Shown here piece after piece: positions 13,611 through 20,647 of a stretch of 33,024 nt of DNA (the first letter of the stretch is position 1; every line of letters begins with the position of its first letter). The notes under the pieces are model-generated. The model did not search any database. It was not told where the DNA came from and saw only the letters and a list, made by a program, of their open reading frames with translations. The DNA comes from Actinomycetota bacterium. Its GTDB lineage: Bacteria > Actinomycetota > Nitriliruptoria > Nitriliruptorales > Nitriliruptoraceae. The stretch lies in assembly GCA_041163825.1 (NCBI GenBank), contig JBEAQO010000129.1, forward strand, positions 1 through 33,024, read 5' to 3'. Both the position numbers and the translations under genes were made by a program.

Positions 13611-14971
13611 AGGCGCTCGGCGAGGCTCCTCCCGCTCGGAGCTCGGCCGGTGCGCGCGGCACGCTCGTCGATCGCCGCGAGCCGGACCTGCAGGAAGCGG
13701 GCCGCGAGCCAGCGGAGCGGTTCGGGCTCCCAGCGCCTGGCCCGATGGCCGACCATCGGCAGGTCCTCCCACTCGGTCTCCCCGTCGACGACCAGGTCGG
13801 CGAGCACGCGGCCCGCGAGGTTCGCGGTCGCCACGCCCTGTCCGGTGTAGCCGTGGGCGCCGCCCAGGCCCGTCGCCGGGTCGAACTCGAACGTCGGCAT
13901 CCAGTCGCGAGGCATCCCGAGCGGGCCGCCCCACGCGTGGCTGAAGCCGACGCCCTCGAGCGGCGGGAACCAGTCCGCGAGCTGCGCGCGCAGGCCCGCG
14001 TGGGTGGGTCCGTGGTGGTCGAACTCGGGCCGGATGCTCGACCCGAAGTGGTAGGGCGCACCGCGCCCGCCGAAGAGCACCCGGCCGTCACGGGTGCGGG
14101 AGAGGTAGTCGACCGTGTAGCGGTGCGACGAGAGCAGCTCGTCGCCCCGCCAGCCGATCGCCTCCCAGCGAGCGTCGTCGATCGGCTCGGTCAGCACGAT
14201 CAGCGAGTAGATGGGCATGACGCGTCCTCGGTGCGAGGGCAGGTGCGCGGTCCACGCCTCCGTCGCGAGGAGCACCGCCTCCGCGGTGACGGTGCCCCGT
14301 CGCGTCTCGACGTGCGGTCGTCGCGCACCATCACGTCCGTGCACGCGCGTGACGGGCGTGCCCTCGACGATGCGGCCGCCGAGCCGCTCCACCGCGCCGG
14401 CGAGCCCATGGGCGAGGCGCGCGGGCTGCACCGCCGCACCCCACGGGTCGAACAGGGCGCCATGGGCATCCGCGATCCGCACGCGCTCGGCGAGCGCATC
14501 CGCGTCGAGCAGCTCGAGGCCGTCCGCGACCCCGAGGGCGCGGGCACGCTCGAGCCCGGCCAGAGGAGCGGCTGCCTCGTGGCGTCCGCGCGCGACCCGA
14601 AGCACGCCCCCGCGGCGCACGTGCGCGTCGATGCCGTCGGCGGCGATCGAGGCCAGCGCGAGGTCGACGGTCGCGCGCATCGCCGCGACCGTGCGTCGCG
14701 CCGTCGCGACGGAGGTGCGGCGGGCGAGCTCGGTGCCGGTCACCCCGAGCCCGGCCGAGAGCCATGCGCCGTTGCGACCGGAGGCCCCGAAGGCGATGTG
14801 CTCCGCCTCGATGATGAGCACGCGGCGTGATGGGTCGCGGCGCAGCACCTCCCGCGCGGCCCACAGGCCGGTGAAGCCGCCCCCGACGATCGCGACGTCG
14901 ACGTCGACCGAGCCATCGAGGGGCTCGCGCGTCCGGACGAGGTCGGCAGCCTCCTCCAGCCAGAAGCTCAC
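13598..14971 (-). CDS. FAD-dependent oxidoreductase, PuuB-like (gamma-glutamylputrescine / amine oxidase family)
   Basis: N-terminal dinucleotide fold VAIVGGGFTGLWAA and the block IAFGASGRNGAWL resemble E. coli PuuB (GFGASGRNGG). GTG start is at 14971 (VSFWLEEAADL...). The ORF-track entry 13598..16825 is open far upstream only because of GC-rich antisense sequence. It is a paralog of 19156..20520. Confidence 0.8.
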   Translation of the reverse strand: MSFWLEEAADLVRTREPLDGSVDVDVAIVGGGFTGLWAAREVLRRDPSRRVLIIEAEHIAFGASGRNGAWLSAGLGVTGTELARRTSVATARRTVAAMRATVDLALASIAADGIDAHVRRGGVLRVARGRHEAAAPLAGLERARALGVADGLELLDADALAERVRIADAHGALFDPWGAAVQPARLAHGLAGAVERLGGRIVEGTPVTRVHGRDGARRPHVETRRGTVTAEAVLLATEAWTAHLPSHRGRVMPIYSLIVLTEPIDDARWEAIGWRGDELLSSHRYTVDYLSRTRDGRVLFGGRGAPYHFGSSIRPEFDHHGPTHAGLRAQLADWFPPLEGVGFSHAWGGPLGMPRDWMPTFEFDPATGLGGAHGYTGQGVATANLAGRVLADLVVDGETEWEDLPMVGHRARRWEPEPLRWLAARFLQVRLAAIDERAARTGRAPSGRSLAERLVRH

Positions 14972-15157
14972 GGCCACCCGGCACCCCGATCGACGATGGC
15001 GGGACGCTAGCGAGGCGCCGCTGGCCGATGGGGTCCGGCGGGAGCGATGTAGGCTCGGGAGGGTGGGGCCGAGGGTCGAGGCCGTCCGGGAGGGGCGGCC
15101 GGACGGCTCCCTCGCTGCCGCGGGCCGCGAGGTCGAGGCGAGGTCGAGGAGGGACCG
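14972..15157. promoter_or_regulatory. Divergent control region between the minus-strand FAD oxidoreductase and the patD-like operon
   Basis: This 186-bp gap is the largest non-coding gap in the window. It holds -10-like TAnnnT hexamers: TAGGCT at 15050-15055 (+) and TAGCGT at 15009-15004 (-). It also holds a 9-bp inverted repeat GCCGTCCGG-n9-CCGGACGGC at 15081-15107 and the tandem repeat at 15128-15149. The promoter assignment is tentative. Confidence 0.35.
15128..15149 (+). repeat. Tandem direct repeat of 11 nt, 2 copies (CGAGGTCGAGG CGAGGTCGAGG), directly upstream of the patD-like start
   Basis: Read directly from the sequence. The second copy runs into the SD (GAGGAGGG). A near copy, GAGGGTCGAGG, lies at 15071-15081. 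Confidence 0.7.
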
Positions 15158-16594
15158 ATGGGCGAGCTGCGTGTCGTGACCAACTGGATCGGCGGGCGTG
15201 CGCGCCCGGCGGTCGATGGGGGCACCATGGACCTCATCGACCCCTCGACCGGTCGGGCCTTCGGGACGGCGCCACGATCCGGCGCCGCGGATGTCGCCGC
15301 GGCCTGCGAGGCCGCCGCGGCGGCCTTCCCCGCCTGGCGCGACGCGACCCCGCGGGAGCGCAGCCTCGCCCTGCTTCGCATCGCGGACGCCATCGAGGCG
15401 CGGGGGGAGGAGCTCGTGCGCCTCGAGTGCGAGAACACGGGCAAGCCGGTGCAGCTCACGATGGAGGAGGAGCTGCCGCCGATGGTCGACCAGATCCGCT
15501 TCTTCGCGGCCGCCGCCCGGGTCCTCGAGGGCAGGTCGGCCGGCGAGTACCTCGCGGGGCACACCTCCATCATCCGCCGCGAGCCGATCGGGGTGTGCGC
15601 GCAGGTGACGCCGTGGAACTACCCGGCGATGATGGCGGTCTGGAAGTGGGCGCCGGCGCTCGCGGCCGGCAACTCGGTCGTCCTCAAGCCCTCCGACACG
15701 ACCCCGGTGACGACCGTCTGGATGGCCGAGCTGATGCAGGAGTTCCTGCCGCCGGGGGTCGTCAACGTCGTGTGCGGCGACCGGGACACCGGTCGCGCGC
15801 TCGTCGCGCACCCGATCCCGCAGTTCGTGTCCGTCACCGGCTCGGTGCGCGCCGGGCGTGAGGTCGCTGAGGCCGCGGGTCGTGACCTCAAGCGCACGCA
15901 CCTCGAGCTCGGGGGCAAGGCGCCGGTCATCGTGTTCGACGACGCCGACCTCGAGGCGACCGCCGAGGGCATCGCGGGCGCCGGCTACTTCAACGCCGGG
16001 CAGGACTGCACGGCCGCGACCCGTGTGCTGGCCGCGCCCGGCATCCACGACGACCTCGTCGCCGCGCTCGCCGAGCAGGCTCGTGCGACCCGCACCGGTC
16101 CGCCGTCGGATGAGGACGCCGCGTTCGGCCCGCTCAACAACGCGAGCCAGTTCGAGCGCGTCAAGGGGTTCCTCGAGCGTGCTCCCGAGCACAACGAGGT
16201 CGTCGCTGGTGGCAGCCCGCTCGCCCGGGACGGCTACTTCTTCGAGCCGACCGTGGTCGCGGGGCTGCGTCAGGACGACGAGATGACCCAGACCGAGGTC
16301 TTCGGGCCGGTCATCACGGTCCAGGCGTTCTCCGACGAGGCGCAGGCGCTCGAGTGGGCCAACGGGGTCGAGTACGGGCTGTCGTCGAGCGTGTGGACGC
16401 GCGACCACGGTCGCGCCATGCGCATGGCCAAGGGGCTCGACTTCGGAGCGGTCTGGATCAACACGCACATCCCGATCGTCGCGGAGATGCCGCACGGGGG
16501 CTTCAAGAGCTCCGGGCACGGCAAGGACCTCTCGATGTACGCGCTCGAGGACTACACGCGCATCAAGCACGTGATGTCCAACATCGAGGCCTGA
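15158..16594 (+). CDS. patD: Gamma-aminobutyraldehyde dehydrogenase (PatD/YdcW/Prr-like NAD-dependent aldehyde dehydrogenase)
   Basis: Long blocks match my recollection of E. coli PatD/YdcW: [80 protein letters not shown] (catalytic Cys), and [37 protein letters not shown] lies 5 nt upstream of the ATG. Confidence 0.85.
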   Translation: MGELRVVTNWIGGRARPAVDGGTMDLIDPSTGRAFGTAPRSGAADVAAACEAAAAAFPAWRDATPRERSLALLRIADAIEARGEELVRLECENTGKPVQLTMEEELPPMVDQIRFFAAAARVLEGRSAGEYLAGHTSIIRREPIGVCAQVTPWNYPAMMAVWKWAPALAAGNSVVLKPSDTTPVTTVWMAELMQEFLPPGVVNVVCGDRDTGRALVAHPIPQFVSVTGSVRAGREVAEAAGRDLKRTHLELGGKAPVIVFDDADLEATAEGIAGAGYFNAGQDCTAATRVLAAPGIHDDLVAALAEQARATRTGPPSDEDAAFGPLNNASQFERVKGFLERAPEHNEVVAGGSPLARDGYFFEPTVVAGLRQDDEMTQTEVFGPVITVQAFSDEAQALEWANGVEYGLSSSVWTRDHGRAMRMAKGLDFGAVWINTHIPIVAEMPHGGFKSSGHGKDLSMYALEDYTRIKHVMSNIEA

Positions 16595-16607
16595 GGCAGC
16601 GATCCAG

Positions 16608-16652
16608 TGGCGCGGCGCACCTCGCCGCGCCATGACCGCCCCGTGCGGGGCG
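16608..16652 (+). terminator. Two tandem GC-rich hairpins after the patD-like gene (TGGCGCGGCG-cacct-CGCCGCGCCA, then CGCCCC-gtgc-GGGGCG)
   Basis: A 10-bp perfect stem starts 14 nt after the stop (16592-16594). A 6-bp stem follows at 16637-16652. There is no U-tract, so this would be an actinobacterial-style U-less terminator, an attenuator or an mRNA processing site. The function is not proven. Confidence 0.35.
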
Positions 16653-16691
16653 TCCGGCGCAACGAGGCGCTGGGGGAGGAGGGGGTGGCCG

Positions 16692-18059
16692 ATGGTCAGC
16701 ACGGAGCTCGCCGAGGGGAACCTCTGGCTCCACTTCACCCGGACCTCGGACTGGCGCGGTGACGACCCGTCCGTCCCGGTGCTGGTGCGCGGCGAGGGCT
16801 GCCACCTCTGGGACGCGAACGGCAAGCGCTACGTCGACGGGCTCTCGGCGCTGTTCTGCGCGCAGCTCGGCTACGACCAGCCGACGCTGGTCGAGGCGGC
16901 GCGGCGCCAGATGGAGACGCTGCCGTTCGCGACCAACTGGGCCTACGCGCACGAGCCTGCCATCGAGCTCGCGCGGCTGATCGCCGAGCGCTTCCCGGGC
17001 GACCTCGATCACGTCTTCTTCGTGAACTCCGGCTCGGAGGCCGTCGAGTCGGCGATGAAGCTCGCGATCCAGTACCACCGCTCGCGCGGCGAGGACCGGT
17101 GGAAGTTCATCAGTCGCAACTACGCCTACCACGGCACCTCGTTCGGGGCGCTCGGTATGACGGGGCTCGCGGGGCTGCGCAAGCCGTTCGAGCCCCTGCG
17201 GCCCGGGCACTTCCACGCGCCGAACACCAACGAGTACCGCTGCCGCACGAGCCTCGCCTGCCCGCCCTGCGACCTCTCCTGCGCCCGATCGATCGAGCAG
17301 ATCGTCCTCGCCGAGGGGCCCGACCAGATCGCCGCGATCTTCGTCGAGCCGGTGCAGAACGCCGGCGGGTGCTTCATGCCACCGGAGGGCTACCTCGACG
17401 AGGTCCGTAGGATCTGTGACGAGTACGGCATCCTCATGGTCTCCGACGAGGTCATCTGCGCGTTCGGGCGGCTCGGGACGTGGACCGGTGCGGAGCGCTT
17501 CGGCTACCTCCCGGACGTCATCACGTTCGCCAAGGGCGTGACCTCGGCCTACGCGCCGCTCGGCGGTGTCGCCTTCCGCCGCCACATCGGCGTCGAGCTC
17601 GGCAGGGAGCGCACCTCGATGTTCCTCCACGGTTCGACCTGGGGCGGGCATCCGGTCGCCTGCGCGGTCGGGGTCGCGAACATCCGTGCCTTCGAGGACC
17701 AGGGCGTGCTCGACAACGTCAACGCCAACGGTCCGTGGCTCGGCGAGCAGCTGCACGCCCTCCGGGCGAAGCACGAGATGATCGGCGACGTCCGTGGGAC
17801 CGGCTACTTCTGGGCCCTCGAGCTCGTCAAGGACCGCGAGCACAAGGTGATGTTCGACGCCGAGGAGACCGAGCGGCTCCTGCGTGGTTTCCTGAGCAAG
17901 CGGCTGCTCGAGCTCGGGCTCATCTGCCGCGCCGACGACCGTGACGAGCCGGTCATCCAGCTCTCGCCGCCGCTCATCGCCGATCGTGAGGTCCTGGGGG
18001 AGATCCTCGCCATCGTCGACATCGTGCTGACCGAGGCCGCCGAGGTGATGCGGGCATGA
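16692..18059 (+). CDS. Class-III PLP aminotransferase, omega-amine:pyruvate type (SpuC-like putrescine/omega-amino acid aminotransferase)
   Basis: SGSEAVESAMK, FVEPVQNAGGCFMPP, SDEVICAFGRLG, FAKGVTSAY (PLP Lys) and STWGGHPVA blocks align by eye with the P. aeruginosa SpuC/omega-transaminase family. ATG 16692 follows GGAGGAGGGGG. The family call is firm. The substrate is inferred from neighbours. Confidence 0.8.
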   Translation: MVSTELAEGNLWLHFTRTSDWRGDDPSVPVLVRGEGCHLWDANGKRYVDGLSALFCAQLGYDQPTLVEAARRQMETLPFATNWAYAHEPAIELARLIAERFPGDLDHVFFVNSGSEAVESAMKLAIQYHRSRGEDRWKFISRNYAYHGTSFGALGMTGLAGLRKPFEPLRPGHFHAPNTNEYRCRTSLACPPCDLSCARSIEQIVLAEGPDQIAAIFVEPVQNAGGCFMPPEGYLDEVRRICDEYGILMVSDEVICAFGRLGTWTGAERFGYLPDVITFAKGVTSAYAPLGGVAFRRHIGVELGRERTSMFLHGSTWGGHPVACAVGVANIRAFEDQGVLDNVNANGPWLGEQLHALRAKHEMIGDVRGTGYFWALELVKDREHKVMFDAEETERLLRGFLSKRLLELGLICRADDRDEPVIQLSPPLIADREVLGEILAIVDIVLTEAAEVMRA

Positions 18060-19159
18060 GCACGGTCGGGCTGGTCAGGGAGACGAAGGACCGTGAGCGC
18101 CGCGTCGCGCTGACCCCGGCCGCCGTCCACGGGCTCGTGGCCCGCGGACACGAGGTCCGCGTCGAGGCCGGGGCCGGTGGCGGGTCGGGCTTCGTCGATG
18201 CCGACTACGTCGCGGCCGGCGCCCGCATCGTCGGCGAGGCGGCCGAGGCCTGGGGCAGCGACGTGGTCGTCAAGGTCAAGGAGCCCCAGGCCGCGGAGTA
18301 CGCCCATTTCCGCTCCGACCTCACCCTCTTCGCCTACCTGCACCTCGCGGCCGAGCCAGCGCTCACGGCGGCGCTGGTCGGCAGCGGCATCCGGGCCTAC
18401 GCGTTCGAGACCCTGACGGAGCGTGGGGGCCTGCCGCTGCTCGCGCCGATGTCGGAGATCGCGGGGCGCGCCGCGGCCATCGTCGGTGCGACCTTGCTGT
18501 CGGCCGCCAACGGCGGCTCGGGAACGCTGATGGGTGGCGCTGCCGGCGTCCCGCCGGCCAAGACCCTCGTCGTCGGCCTCGGGGTCGCCGGGACCATGGC
18601 GGCCCGGGGCCTTCGGGGCATGGACGCGCACGTGACGGGCGTCGACGTCGACCTCCAGCGCCTCTACGAGCATCACCTCGCTGGGCACGTCGACGCGACC
18701 CAGTCGAGCGAGTCGGCCCTGGTCGCCGAGCACGTCCGGGACTCGGACCTCGTCATCGGCGCCGCGCTCGTCCCCGGGGCGCGCGCCCCGGTCGTCGTGA
18801 CCGAGGAGATGGTCGCCTCGATGCGACCGGGATCGGTGGTCCTCGACATCGCCATCGACCAGGGCGGGTGCATCGCGACCAGTCGTCCGACGAGCCTCTC
18901 CGAGCCGACCTACGTCGCGCACGGGGTCGTGCACTACTGCGTCACGAACGTGCCCGGCCAGTTCCCCCGCACGGCCTCCGCGGCCCTCTCCGCCGCGGTC
19001 GCCCCGCGCCTGATGCGCCTCGTCGATGACGTCGGTGCCGGACGCCTCGGGACCCCGGAGGAGGACGTCCGGCTCGCGGGCGCGAGCAACGTCGCCGGAG
19101 GGCGGCTCACCCACCCCGCCGTCGTCGCTGCGTTCCCGGACCTGCCCAGCGCGACATGA
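18056..19159 (+). CDS. ald: Alanine dehydrogenase
   Basis: The N-terminus (VGLVRETKDRERRVALTPAAVHGLVARGHEVRVEAGAG), the NAD fold (LVVGLGVAGTMAA) and IDQGGC...VHYCVTNVPG blocks are typical Ald. ATGA overlaps are present at both ends (18056 and 19156). Confidence 0.9.
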   Translation: MSTVGLVRETKDRERRVALTPAAVHGLVARGHEVRVEAGAGGGSGFVDADYVAAGARIVGEAAEAWGSDVVVKVKEPQAAEYAHFRSDLTLFAYLHLAAEPALTAALVGSGIRAYAFETLTERGGLPLLAPMSEIAGRAAAIVGATLLSAANGGSGTLMGGAAGVPPAKTLVVGLGVAGTMAARGLRGMDAHVTGVDVDLQRLYEHHLAGHVDATQSSESALVAEHVRDSDLVIGAALVPGARAPVVVTEEMVASMRPGSVVLDIAIDQGGCIATSRPTSLSEPTYVAHGVVHYCVTNVPGQFPRTASAALSAAVAPRLMRLVDDVGAGRLGTPEEDVRLAGASNVAGGRLTHPAVVAAFPDLPSAT

Positions 19160-20520
19160 CCGGGGTCGTCAGCCTCTGGCTCGAGCACCCGCCGGCTCCG
19201 CGAGCGGCCCTCGTCGGGCCGGTGAGCGCTGACGTCGCCATCGTCGGTGCCGGCTTCACCGGGCTCTGGACCGCGCTCGCCCTGCTCGAGATCGACCCCA
19301 CCCTCGACGTGGTCGTCCTCGAGGCCGAGACCGTCGGCTTCGGCGGGTCGGGCCGCAACGGCGGTTTCGTCGACCCCTCGCTGACCCATGGTCTCGAGAA
19401 CGGCATCGCCCACCACGCCGACGAGGTCGACGAGCTCGTCCGGCTCGGTCTGGACAACCACGCGGGGCTCGTCGCCACCGTTCGTGACGCGGGCATCGAC
19501 TGCGCCCTCGAGGAGGTCGGCGCGATCGACGTCGCCACCGCGCCCTGGCAGCTCGAGGAGCTCGCCGCCTCCGCGGAGCTGCACCGGCGTCACGGGCTCG
19601 GGGCGCGCCTGCTCGACCGGGATGCGGTGCGTGCCGAGCTCGACTCGCCGACCTACCTCGGCGGCGTCGCGCATCCGGAGGTCGCGCTCGTCGACCCGGG
19701 TCGCCTCGTGCGCGGACTCGCGGAGCTCGCCGTCGCGCGCGGGGGGCGGCTGTACGAGGGGACGCCCGTGACCGCGCTCGCGCGGGCCGACGGGAGGGTC
19801 GAGCTCGTGACCCCGGGGGGGCGCGTCCGCGCCGAGCGGGCCGTCCTCGCGACCAACGCGTGGACGCATCGACTGCTGCGCCGGACCCGGCGGCGCTTCG
19901 TGCCGGTCTACGACCATGTGCTGGTGACCGCACCCCTCACCTCCGAGCAGCGTGCTCGCATCGGCTGGTCCCGCCGGCAGGGCTTCTCCGACTCGGGCAA
20001 CCGCTTCCACTACTACCGCCTGACCCGCGACGATCGGATCCTGTGGGGCGGCTACGACGCGAACTACCACTTCGGGTCGAGCGTCGGTCCGAAGCACGAC
20101 CACCACCCGGTGACGATGGCGCTGCTCGAGCACAACTTCCGGGCGACCTTCCCCCAGCTCGCCGACGTCGCGTTCGAGCACCGCTGGGGCGGTCCCATCG
20201 CGACGACGACGGACTTCATGGCGACCTTCGGCTCCGCGCTCGGGGGCCGCGTCGAGTTCGCGCTCGGCTACACGGGGCTCGGGGTCGCGGCATCGCGCTT
20301 CGCCGGCCGTGTGCTCGCCGCCGGCATCCTCGAGCCCGGCTCCCCGTTGCGGCAGCTCGCGTTCACGACATCGCGCCCGTTCCCGTTCCCGCCCGAACCG
20401 CTCCGCTGGCTCGCGGTCAACCTCACCCGACGTGCGCTGATCCGCGCCGATGAGCGCGAGGGGCGGCGGGGACCGTGGCTGCGCAGCCTCGACCGCCTCG
20501 GGGTCGGGTTCGACTCCTGA
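19156..20520 (+). CDS. FAD-dependent oxidoreductase, PuuB-like (second paralog)
   Basis: Contains VAIVGAGFTGLWTA and VGFGGSGRNGGFV. It shares blocks with the 13598..14971 protein (YHFGSS..P..DHH, WGGP, GYTG.GVA, PEPLRWLA). Confidence 0.8.
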   Translation: MTGVVSLWLEHPPAPRAALVGPVSADVAIVGAGFTGLWTALALLEIDPTLDVVVLEAETVGFGGSGRNGGFVDPSLTHGLENGIAHHADEVDELVRLGLDNHAGLVATVRDAGIDCALEEVGAIDVATAPWQLEELAASAELHRRHGLGARLLDRDAVRAELDSPTYLGGVAHPEVALVDPGRLVRGLAELAVARGGRLYEGTPVTALARADGRVELVTPGGRVRAERAVLATNAWTHRLLRRTRRRFVPVYDHVLVTAPLTSEQRARIGWSRRQGFSDSGNRFHYYRLTRDDRILWGGYDANYHFGSSVGPKHDHHPVTMALLEHNFRATFPQLADVAFEHRWGGPIATTTDFMATFGSALGGRVEFALGYTGLGVAASRFAGRVLAAGILEPGSPLRQLAFTTSRPFPFPPEPLRWLAVNLTRRALIRADEREGRRGPWLRSLDRLGVGFDS

Positions 20521-20647
20521 CGGTGGCAGCCGGAGGGTGGCAGGAGGCCTCCCGAGCCACCGGTCCGGCGTTCCCACGGGCCCGACGTGTCGCCGCCGAT
20601 GCGGGAGGTGTCGGGTAGCGTCCGACCGGGAAGCGAGGAGGGCGACG

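Noticed and set aside
13598-16825. 1075-aa minus-strand ORF that looks like a giant protein
   Set aside because: Only the last 457 codons (13598-14971, from VSFWLEE...) have FAD-oxidoreductase features. The upstream ~600 codons are Arg/Gly/Pro-rich and lie antisense to the well-supported patD-like gene and the divergent intergenic region. The long open frame is a GC-content artefact.
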